From Azolla caroliniana (lineage: Eukaryota; Plantae; Polypodiophyta), in contig JBHGNT010000001.1 in the NCBI GenBank assembly GCA_043228905.1, positions 6,634,001 through 6,698,000 of the forward strand: a stretch of DNA of 64,000 bases, read 5' to 3'. Below the pieces are notes generated by a model, which saw nothing but the letters and a program-made list of their open reading frames with translations, did not search any database and was not told where the DNA came from. Each line of letters opens with the position of its first letter. Position 1 is the first letter of the stretch. Below, piece by piece: positions 13,815-25,200 of this stretch. Position numbers and translations under genes: made by a program.

Positions 13815-16800
13815 GTTTGAACCAATTGTTCATTTCTCCCTCTTCCAACAAGTTCGGTTCTTTCTTCTCCTCTCCCCTCGTAAGTTATGGAGTCCCTGAG
13901 CAAACAGGAATACATGCGTGTTCTTTCTCAGCTCGATATGCTCACGAATAAATTTGTGGCATTAGAGCATGAAAATCAAAGGCTACTAGCGACCTACAAC
14001 AAGTGAGTACTGAAAAAGCTCAACAATGTAAAGAGTTATCACAACGGTTTCATCAACTCGAGGCTACTATATTGTCATTACGAGAACAAGCGTTGGGGGC
14101 TCAAAACTCCCCGAACCAAAGATTAGCCTCCCTGCCAAGTTTGATGGTACGAGGTCTTTATTTCGAGGCTTCTTGAATCAAGTCTGTTTGGTTATTCAGT
14201 TACATCCCAATCGGTACCCAACTGATGCTGCTCGTGTGGGATTAGTGGGAACCTTGCTATGTGGTACAACATTAGCATGGTTTGCACCACTTCTCGAGAA
14301 GAAATCACCGTTGCTGGAGGATTTTGAGGCATTTGTTAAGGAGTTTCAAGCTCCTTTCGGAGACACCGACAACACTAGGACGATGATAAACATGATTCGA
14401 AGGCTTCGCCAAGGAGATCGTCCCATGTTAGCTTACGTAGCTGATTTCCGTCTTTTGGCATGCGATATCCCTTGGGATGAGGCGGCCTTAATGGATCAAT
14501 TCCGTCAAGGTTTGCGTAATGATGTCAACGATCTTCTTCTTACTTTCCATGAAGATTCGAAATCTCTAACATAGGCCATTAGTCGAGCCGTGCGATGTGA
14601 TAATCGCCTATTTGAGTGACACTCTGAGCGCCAACAAATGTTACGTCGCCAACTGGAAGAGACGTATGCTTCTGTAGTTGGAACGCGTCCACAAGTTTCC
14701 AGACCCATTACAAGGGATGGCCCAACTCCAATGGAAATAGAGACAACACAACATCGAGGGTCTTTATCAGATGCTGAGAAGCAACGATGTCGAGTGCACC
14801 GCCTATGCCAATATCGTGGAGTTCCATTGTTACTTCTAATAACATAAATAAGCCTAATAGTCCATGCCATGAGAATAGATTTGATCTCTGGATTCAATTA
14901 GAGGATGTGTTAAACGAGTAAGTCTGGCCAAAATAGGAGCCATTTGGTTGGACCATCCTAGATATGTAGAGTCAAGTGAGTAGAGTTTTTTCTGCACAAG
15001 TTGAGCTTACCACATCTACATGTCATCAAGTCCTAGCCTCTGCCCTCTTAGATTTTGGAGCAAACTCTTGTTTCATGGATCTTGAATTTGCACTGTCACA
15101 AAACATCCGTTTGAATAAGCTCCCGAACCTAGTAGCCATAGGAATCATTGATGGTCATCCCATAGCATCAGATGATATAGTCGAGGAGTCTGAGCCAATT
15201 CGTATAGTTCTTGGCAATTTGGCAAGCATAATCTCTTTCAACGTTATTCGCAGTCCGGAACACCCAATCGTTCTAGGTCTCCCTTGGTTTGAACTCCATA
15301 ACCCGAAGATTGATTGGATGAAAAGGACAATTGAGGAGACCCAGGGAGAAAGAACAAAGGTCGCATCCCTCAACTCTCTGACATTTGATACTAGATCCCA
15401 TAAGTTATCTACTATCTCTTTACGCCAGTTACGCGAGGAAGGGGGAACCGAGGATATGTTCGTATTTGCAATAGTAGCAACTCTGCCATCTAGGAAATAC
15501 AAAGAGAAATACAAAGAGTTCTCTGACGTCTTTGATAAGGTGAAGGCCAATACATTGCCAAAGCATCGGCCATATGATTGCCCTATTGACTTACAACCAG
15601 GGAAAGAACCTCAATGGGGCCCAATTTATAATCTCTCCCCTATAGAGCTAGAGACTTTGCGGGAATATATTGACGAGAATCTCACAAATGGATTCATTCG
15701 ACATTCTAGATCACCTGTTGGTGCACCTATCTTCTTCGTTAAGAAAAAGAATGGGTCTCTTCGGTTGGTCGTGGATTATCAAGGGTTAAACGAAGTGACC
15801 ATTTGGAATAAATATGCTCTACCGTTAATCCCGAATCTTTTGGAATGTCTTAGTGGAGCAAAATATTTCATGAATTTGGACCTTCGTGGTGCATATAATC
15901 TAGTTCGGATTCGTCCGGGAGATGAATGGAAGATTGCTTTTCGCACTCGCTATGGACATTTCAAGTATACTGTAATGCCATTCGGTCTCATGAGTGCACC
16001 TACAGTTTTCCAGCATATGGCGAATGATATTTTTTGAGATTTTCTCGATATTCTCACTATAGTTTACCTAGATGACATTTTTTATTACTCGAAGACCTAC
16101 GAGGAGCATGATGAACATGTTCGTCAAGTACTAGGTCGACTATGAGAATACGGTCTCTACGCAAAATTAGAAAAGTGTAGTTTCGGCCAGAATCAAGTGG
16201 AATTTTTGGGGTATGTTGTATCATCAGATGGTATTTCTCTGGACCCCATGAAGTTTCAAGCAATTTTAGAGTGGCAAACGCCTGTTTCAGTTTGCAAACT
16301 TTTATCGGAAATTTATTAAAAATTATTCTAAGGTCGTGCTTCCGCTCACTCAACTCACACACAAAAATCAACCATTCATATGGAATTTAGATGCAACCAA
16401 GGGATTTGAAAGTTTAAAACATGCGTTTACAATGACACCTATTTTAGCACATGTCGACCCAACAAAACACTTCATCCTTGAAGCTGATGCATCCGATTTT
16501 GCATCAGGAAGTGTCCTATCACAGACTGGAGATGACGGAGAGCTACACCATGTCCCTTTCCCGAAAGTTTGAAGCTACAAAGATCAACTACAAGATCCAT
16601 GACAAAGAACTTCTTGCAATCGTGGATTCCTTTCAACAATGGCTCTTCTCAGCAGATCATTGTCTACAATGATCATAAGAACTTGGCATATTTTCAAAAT
16701 GCTCAAGTTTTAAGTCGTCCCACTTCGACTTTGTAATCATATATCGCCCTGGGATGCTGCAAGGCAAAGTAGATGCGCTTTCTCGACGCTCTTATATGAA

Positions 16801-18283
16801 ACTTCATCCAGGGGAACTTGTGTTTGAGCATCAAAAACAAATCCTTTTGGGTCCTAATCACCGATGATTAATGGTAGTTAATGCCATAACAACACTTGAA
16901 GATTCCACTCTTCTTGATTCCATTCAAGGTCATATGGCCACTGATAAATTCACCAAGGATGTTTTGGATCATATTGTCCCAGATCGTGCTTCTTGGTCGC
17001 AGTTGAAAAACCCTCGTGATGATTATCGTCAATTCTATTGGCATGGTGGTTTTCTATTTCGACAAACCTATTGTATGTTCCTGATGGTCCCCCGCGACTA
17101 CAAGTTTTACCATGACTCACCAATGGCTGGACATTTTGGAGTACGCAAAACTCTAGAATTAATTCATTTTGTTGAGGAGTATGTTCACAATTGTGATACA
17201 TGTTGTCGATCAAAGAGTTCTCAACACCAATCCTATGGCTTACTACAACCACAATTGTGATACATGTTGTCGAATATCCTTGGATTTTATTACCGATCTC
17301 CCAGTTTCAAAAGGTTATGATGCAATTCTCACAGTGGTTGATCGACTTACCAAAATGGCACATTTCTTGCCATGTACGAAGTCTCTTACTAGTCAAGAGG
17401 CGGTCAATCTAGTTATGCGTGAGGTGTTTAAGCACCATGGTCTTCCAGATGATGTTATTAGTGATCGGGGTCCACAATTTATCTCAAACTTTTGGAAGCA
17501 CATACTCAAACTTCTCCAAATTTAGGGTTATCATCCTGAGACTAATTGCCAAACGGAGCGTACCAACTAGACATTGGCGCAATATCTTCGTTGTTTCATC
17601 AACTACCAACAAGATGATTGGGTTGATTTTTTGCATTTGGCTGAATTTGCTTACAACAACTTGGTCCATTCTTGTACGGGATATTCCCCATTTTTTGCAA
17701 ATACAGGCCGTCATCCTTGGTGGACAATGAATGCGCATCCAGAACGGTTTACCAAACCTATTGCTGAGGATCGTGAATCGCCTCCAAGAAATTCACGCTA
17801 CCATTCTTCACAACCTGCATGATGCTCAAAGTACACACAAGAGGCTTGTGGATCCTCATCGCCTAGATTCCTCCAAAATATTCTATGTTGGGGATCGTGT
17901 ATGGCTTCTCCAACACAACATCAAGACTACTCGGCCTTGCAGTAAATTGGATTACCAACGTTTTGGCCCATACATGATCATTGGTAAGATAAGTGATGTT
18001 GCATTTCGTCTTGGCCTCCCTCCGCATATTCGTCTTCATCCGACGTTTCATGTATCCCTTTTGGACCCTTACACCACAAGTTCAATTCCGAATGTGCGCA
18101 ACAAGTTGTATTACTTGGTTGATTGGGTACGCTATACCCCCAACGATCGAACTTAGGAACTTGCAACAAATCTTTCCAATGTCGCGGACATGGTCACCAC
18201 ATTTCATCGCGACTATCCTCATAAATCGGGTCCTACTACAAGCCCTACGACTCGTGAGATGTGTTGTCGAAGAAGGGGGATAG

Positions 18284-18751
18284 TGGCATGATGACACTCA
18301 CATCATGCCTCGAAAGGATTTGAACCCACAACCTTGTTATGCACATGTCAAATCCTTAACCATTGTAGTAAAATGTTTATGTGTATGGTTTTTAGAATAT
18401 ATAATCTAATATCATAAGAATATTCTATATTACTTTATATTCTAGAATGTCCTAGAATATTCTAGAGTGTTCTATATGCTAGAACCTTCTAGACTACTAG
18501 ATTACTCTATATTCTAGAATGTCCTAGAATATTCTAGAGTAATCTATATTACTCTATAGGAACTTATAAATAGGGGATCTATCAATCCTCCAAAAACCAA
18601 ATTGGTTCAACTCCATCCTATAGCTCTCTACTGTCTACTCTTTGTACTCCATCTTATATTGCAATACAATACTTTCTTTTCAATTCTTTCTTTCTATCTT
18701 AACACTATATCTCTTTTCCTCTCTTTCTCTTTCTCTCTCTTTGTCTTGACA
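18284..18751 (+). repeat. 3' LTR of the Tcn1-like element
   Basis: Follows the PPT, ends TCTTGACA, and lacks a ~20-bp block present in the 5' LTR. Confidence 0.93.
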
Positions 18752-19101
18752 ACAATGTCTTCCCTTTCACGATTACATTCAACCATCACATTACTCTTTT
18801 TTGATCAATTGTTTCCATATCAATGCCCCCAACAATTTGTGATGAATCATGTTTATATCCATCGATCCGAGATAAAAACAAATTTGCATGAACAAGAGAG
18901 ACAATCGGAACTCACCCGATTGAGGAGGTCGAAGATGATGAAGATAATAGAAGACCCACAATGTGTGTTTGAGTATGTGGATGTCGATAACACAAGATTC
19001 CTTATTTCTATCACAGCTTCTCATACATACCACCAAATTTAACTTGCAATATCTCGTTACGAAGCTCTAATCGAGGGCTTTCTAACGCTTGTCTTTATGC
19101 C

Positions 19102-19156
<55 letters not shown>

Positions 19157-20189
19157 GGAAATATAGGCAAATAGGGACATGTGACCTATGAGACTAACCC
19201 TCGCCTTTTACAACTATGCTTTTGGAATTGCAATGGATACCCATGGAATGCGGGATTTGGCATAAAGGAGTTCATCGATGACTTAGATATCACACTTCTT
19301 GTTGAAACATGGGAGCATGATACTCAAAGGTTTCAAGGTTTAGGAAACTATAATGTACACTCTTTGATATGGAAGAAAAATCCAAGACAAAGAAGAGGAC
19401 AAGGAGGGGTGGCATGTTTGATTAAATCGGAAATAGAGAAATATGTGTCAATCATAAAAAATGATGAACATAAATGTTGCATATGGCTTAAAATAGAAAC
19501 ACCTAATGATTTGCCCACTTTTGTAGTTGGATGTTACATTCCTCATCAAGATTCTAACTTTTATGCTTGTTTGGATAAAGATCAACCTTTTGCCAATCTA
19601 GAAGATGATATTACTTATTTCAAATCCAAAGGGGAAGTTATTGTCTTTGGTGACATGAATGCTCGTACAAGAAATTTCCAACTTGATTCACAAGAATCTT
19701 TCATGCCACATATTTCAAGGATGCAAGAGGATATGTAAATGTATAGCCACTCTTCTAGCGATGAAAAATATCCGAACCAATTTGGGAAGTTACTCCTACA
19801 AATGTGCAATAGTACTGGATTGCTTATTGCAAATGTTATTTTCTTATGGCCCAACACTAATGGTTTTACATGTAGAAAACACAACGGAAATAGTGTGATT
19901 GACTATGTGCTACTTTCCGAAGGTATTTTCGATCAGATACATAAATTCTCACTTGGCGAATGGACATTGGAATCCGATCATAGGACTTTATGTATTGATC
20001 TCAAATGTATGCATAAGTTTGATTGTGAGCAGGCTATTGAAGATAATAAACAACCACACTTGAGCATGAACCTTAAGCGAACGCCCATGTATTCCAAGAT
20101 GGTTGAGGATATTATGTTACAAATGACAAAGATACAACATAGTGCCACACTAGAATGCAAATGGGAAGCTTTCAAGAAATGTTTCTCGA

Positions 20190-20308
20190 CCAACCGCACA
20201 TCTTGTGAGTTTTAGACTGTGAGGTCGATTCAAGGCGTGCAAGTGGTATACAATCGGTGGGTGGGTGTATGTGAGGGAGAATGAGAGTGAAAGAAGAGAA
20301 ATGTGAGT

Positions 20309-20343
<35 letters not shown>

Positions 20344-21752
20344 TGTGTGTGTGTGTGCGCGTGCGAGTGTGTGTGAGTGTTCAAATTTGATGATGTGGGA
20401 GGTATGGGGGTTGATATATTTGGTGTGGGATAAAAGATTTTATGGGCTTATTTGAAAACAAGTAGGGGAGTGTGAGAGAGAAAGAGAGAGGCCGGGTAGA
20501 AGAGAAGTGATGTGAAATTTTAGAAGTCAAGAGAGGAGAGGGATGAAATGACAATTTAGATAAGAAAAAGGGAAGGGGAGGAGGAAAAATAAGGTTTTAA
20601 GGGGGGAGGGGCATATTGAGATTAGAAGTAGAAGGGGGAAGGGTAGAGCGAAAAATTGGAAAAGTAAGGGGAGGGATAGGAGTATAAAGTGAGGGGTAGA
20701 TTTAAATAAAAAAGGAAAAGTAAAAGCGAGGGGGAAGGAAGGGTATTAGGATAGACTAGAGAAATAGGAACAAACAAGAAATAAGGAGAGGGGTAGGAGG
20801 ATGCTAAAATAATGAAAAGTGAGAGGTGGAGTTTAAAATAAGAAAAAGCGAGGGGAGGGTATGGTGAGAATTACTTAAAAGTACGAGAGGGGTAGAATTG
20901 AAAAATAGGAAACAATAAAAGATGAGGGGAGGGGTAGGATTAGAAAATAGGAATAAAGAGAATGAGGGGAAGATGCTAAAAATAAAATAAAAGGTGAGGG
21001 GTAGAATTGGAAAATAGGAGAAATAGAATTAGGAGGATGCTAAAAGTGAAAATGAGAGGGGTAGAGTTAAAAATAAGGAAAAGTGAGGGGAAGGGTATCA
21101 TGAAAATATTGGAAAGGTAGGGAATGGGTAGAGTTGAAAATAGGTAAGGGTATGATGAGAATTGGGTAAAAATAAAAGAGGGGTAGAGTTAATATAGAGA
21201 GAGACTATGGGGGAAGGATATCATACTAGAGAAAGTGAGTGGGATGGAGAGTGATGTAAGGTATATTGGTTACAACGGAAGGGTAGAACATGTGTTGAAT
21301 ACAAATGCCGGCTACAATGTAGTCCCGCGCATTGGAAAGGAAATACTAAGATTATGCAAAATGCTGACTATCGAAAGTAGTCCCATGCATACATACTAAA
21401 AGAGACAAAAGGGAATGCATGGCTACCGAATGTAGTCCCATGCTTACAATGAAAAGATGTAAGGAAGTGAGAGATAGGATGTTGAAGGCGTGTATGGGAT
21501 GTCGATGATGCCGATGTTGTTGTTGCAAAAGCCTTCCACTTGAAATGAGGGAACTCGACACGAAGTGGATACTCGAGGGGTGTCGATAATATGCCATCAT
21601 GGGTTCACTTCTCCTGTGGATGGTCCTCCATAGAATTTCCTACAACTTGTGAGTTTTAGACCATGAGGTCGATTCAAGGAGTGCAAGCGGTATACAATCA
21701 ATGGGTGGGTGTATGTGAGGGAGAATGAGAGTGAAAGAAGAGAAATGTGAGT

Positions 21753-21820
<68 letters not shown>

Positions 21821-22225
21821 CACTAAAAACTAATTCATATTAACAAACTTAAAAGGTAATACAAAGGAATGGTCGATGTGGCAAACTAGTTTCGCTCTTA
21901 AAGAGCTCATCAGTGCACATGACCATGTAGAATTTGAGGGGTTTATATAGGGGAGATAAGGGGGGGGAAGGAGAGAGAGAATGTGTGTGTGAGTGTGAGT
22001 GTTCAAATTTGATGGTGTGGGAGGTATGGGGGTTGATATATTTGGTGTGGGATAAAGAGAGAGGAAGGGTAGAAGAGAAGTGTGTGATGTGGGAGTTAGG
22101 GAGGGTGAAGTATATTGGTGTGTATGAAAAGATTGTATGGAGAAACTTAGGAAAAAATGTTTTGATAAAGAATGTCGTGAAGCTTGAAAGTGTCTTATGG
22201 TTTTGGATGTAGTTAAGGATAAAGA
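20190..22225 (-). mobile_element. Non-coding, partially tandem-duplicated hammerhead-bearing element (candidate retrozyme or non-autonomous Penelope-like element) inserted in the LINE
   Basis: Direct repeats at ~20203-20435 and ~21647-22060 (offset ~1444 nt). The right copy has an extra ~160 bp between AG tracts that contains the ribozyme. The middle is strongly purine-skewed. LINE coding sequence stops at ~20185 and resumes at ~22225. Boundaries are approximate. Confidence 0.65.
21869..21926 (-). ncRNA. Type I minimal hammerhead ribozyme
   Basis: Minus strand: AUGGUC-AUGUG-CA [CUGAUGA] GCUCU-UUA-AGAGC [GAAA] C-UA-G U U / UG-C-CACAU-C-GACCAU. Complete catalytic core, 5-bp stem II, palindromic minimal stem III (ACUAGU), and 13-bp stem I with two single C bulges. 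Predicted cleavage after GUU (between 21884 and 21883). Confidence 0.85.
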
Positions 22226-25200
22226 GAATTACCAAAAGCATTTGCATGAGTATAAAAGGCTTATTAAAAGAAAGAGAAGAATATGGGAAGTTACTCAACA
22301 ATTCATCCAAACGTAAGAGAAAGCACATGCATGTGCTAAATTTTGGGGAAATCTAAAGGGGAAACATTTTGAGAGTTATGGTAACTTAACTCTTCACGAC
22401 TTGTCTATGCATTGTAAGAATTTATATGAGTTATCTCTTGCCAGAAAGATGATGTGTTATGGTTCTCTTTCACATATGTCTCGCTTCTTTACAATTGAAG
22501 ATATATGCATAGGACTTAATAAATTGGCATCATGAAAGGCAAGCGATCTTCAATGTATAAAGGCTGAAATGCTCAAATGGACAGGAAAGGAAGCACATGT
22601 ATGGATAAGCGATATATTTAATGATGCATTGCAACATGGTATGTCGTACGATTGGACTACAAATTGGATCAAACCTTTACATAAAGGGGGAGATGTAAAT
22701 AATGTAAACAACTATTGAACCATCATGGTTGGCTCATTAATGGCAAAACTATTTCGATGTATAATGGAATCAAAGATAAGTGTATGGGCTGAAAAAAATG
22801 GTAAGAGAGCTTATGGACAAGCTGGCTTTCGAAAACACCATAGCACCATTGATCACCTTGTCACCCTTCGAGTATTAATGGAGGAAAGTCGCCTTAGAGG
22901 TAAAGGTTTATATTGTTGCTTTGTAGACTTCAAGAAAGCTTTTGATATGGTACCTTGTGAGCATCTTTGGAGGCGAATGGAAGAACTTGAGGTGCCAAGT
23001 GAATATATGCTTGCAATTTCCCGAATTTATGAGAAGGTTATATGTTGTGTGCGTATGAGAGATAACCTTTTAGATTTCTTCAAAAGCATTATTGGTGTTA
23101 AGCAAGGATGCCCACTCTCACCAACACTATTTGGTCTATGAATTGATGAATTGGAAGAAATGGTTACCAAGTTTGCAAAGGAAGAATGTGTTGAAGAAGT
23201 TGCCATTAGGAATGTTGTGATTATGCTTTTGCTATATGCAGATGATGTAGTGCTTTTTGCAAATACTTTAGGAGATACACAAAAGCTTATGAAGGCATTG
23301 GAAATTTTTTACGTGCATACTAAATTAAGTGTCAAAAGCTCTAAAACAAAGATTATGCTTGTGAAGAGCCAGAAAAGAGATAAACCATGCATTATGTATA
23401 ACAATGAGCCACTTCAATGTGTGGAAAGCTTCAAATATCTTGGCCTTGAAGTTCCTTCAAATCATAGATGGAATGAATGTGTTACACGCCGCTTAGAGGC
23501 GAGTAAGCGAGCCTACTATGCATTTGAGAACACATGCAATCTTGGAGATATTAAGTGTTGGGTCCTCAAGAAATATCTTTTCGACACTTTGGTGACACCA
23601 GTTCTTCTCTATGGGGTGGAAGTATGGGGTGGTAGTATCCCTAAATCTATGTGGAAAGAGTTTGAAAATGTCCAAAAACATTTCCTTACAAAGTTTCTAC
23701 AAGTTAAGAAACAAACGCCCTACACCCTTTTCCTCATTGAGACGGGATCGCTTCCCATTGAGATCATGGCCATAGAAAGGGTTGTTGAATACATGCTTAA
23801 GGTTCACAAAAGTCCCTCACATCCACTTCCTAGAATTGCATGGGAAGCAAGCAAAAAGATCCAAAAGACACATAAAAGCAAAATTTTGTGTTCCGGTTGG
23901 ATCCAAGATATAGAAAAATAGTTTGGTAGATGGGATGCGAGACACTTGCTTCATGATGCATCACTAGATTCCTTTGTAAATGAGGCCTTTTTGCAACACC
24001 AATGTATCATGACATGGGACAAACGTGGAGGCTCACACTTCACACATTATACTACACATGTTGCACCTAACTACAAAACCATATTCTTTGCGGAACGGGG
24101 AAACCGTACACATCTATACATGTTAGAGCCAATACCGTTATCTGCCATTCGAACCATTGCGTCCATGCAACTTAGCTCACATGCATTGCAATGTGAGACA
24201 GGGCGTTGGGGCACAAGTGATGAGAGTGGTCGGCTATGCACAATTTGTCGTTTGGTCCTGTAGCCTTATATTGGCCATTTTGCATATCTATTTCTCTCTC
24301 TCTCTCTCTCTAAACAAGTTTGCGAGTCTAAGTATCACACTTTGATACAATGCTCTGCCTTTGATCATATTCAACCATGCTTTCCACATCTCTTTGATCA
24401 AACCTAATCCTTGTGTGAATTCCTCTCACAACCACAATGTGCACTCTCGATTGCAACATTCATTGGTAAAGTTCTTGAACATCGAGAGTCACTACTCACT
24501 TTCACATGTATCACGTGAAATGTAATCTTTTTGGTCTCATAGGTCATATTTGACCTCCGAAGATGATAATATAATCTATCTATCTATCTTTGGTGTCATG
24601 TGATAGTAATACTCATTTTGATTATAACTTATAATGACATATTTTGATTCAATCATTAGTTGTGAGATGAGAATGAGCTCATCATCAATACAATTATGTT
24701 TTTGAATTATTTGATTTTTATGTTCATGCTTTCTAATGTTTAGTAGTTAAGGAATTCGTCAGTTTTGAACTTTCAATTGTGTTGACATTTGATTCAATCA
24801 ATATATAATATAGACCATAGTCATTTTTTAAAATTCCAACTTATAAATCCAATCCAACTTTCAGATTGATTTACCATACACGTTTGATTGAATCATTCTC
24901 GAACGTGAATTCACGTATGGTGCATATGATTCAAAATTGATACCCACGCAAAGGGCACAAGAAAATTTATCCAACAATTGAGCCCACTTGTCTTGTGTCC
25001 ACTATAAAGAGATCCTAAATTGCATGCTTGTCCAATGAAAACATTGACCAAAATCACCTATTTCCAAGCTGCACTAATACTCCCCCCTACACAAGGCACA
25101 TTTACATTCACAACAAAGTTTTCCCATTTGCATGGTTTAGGTGCTTTCCTGACTAGAATTTGCTTCTCGCGTTCTGTTTGTTGTTTATTTTTACTTGTTT

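Larger units (their letters stand above)
13326..18751 (+). mobile_element. Full-length but decayed Ty3/gypsy chromovirus, Tcn1/fungal-chromovirus-like (gag-PR-RT-RH-IN-chromodomain)
   Basis: LTRs at 13326-13814 and 18284-18751. 5-bp TSD CCAAT/ACAAT. PPT AGAAGGGGGATAG at 18271-18283. Gag (RRLRQG, GPTPMEI), protease ALLDFGA, RT PKHRPYDCPIDL...GFIRHSRSPVGAPIFFVKKK and [36 protein letters not shown], chromodomain remnant YYLVDW. Confidence 0.95.
8426..19060 (-). mobile_element. Degenerate L1-clade LINE (ORF1 with zinc knuckle; ORF2 APE-RT-zf-RVT), interrupted by an LTR element at 13326-18751
   Basis: ORF1 fragments at ~19040-18752 and 13325-12170 (CFECGE*GHFMAEC knuckle). APE starts ~11930 (VVTWNVRG; GIYAPN; MGDFN; SDHFPI). 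RT motifs SVHQGCPLHPLLF and KILGWDGLT. zf-RVT region KVFIWTVLIGA near 8600. Many stops and frameshifts. Confidence 0.88.
19153..24589 (+). mobile_element. Degenerate APE-RT non-LTR retrotransposon, RTEX/RTE-like, split by a ~2 kb insertion
   Basis: APE at 19181-20180 (FWNCNG, LVETW, CYIP, GDMNART, SVIDYVL, SDHR). RT at ~22230-23921 (QAGFRKHHSTIDH, FVDFKKAFD, GVKQGCPLSPTLF, LLYADD, FKYLG). C-terminal SHALQCETGRW..RLCTIC motif. 3' stem-loop AGGTCA-TATT-TGACCT then an (ATCT)n tail. The 5' end abuts a (CT)n tract at ~19106-19152. Clade assignment is inferred. Confidence 0.85.
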
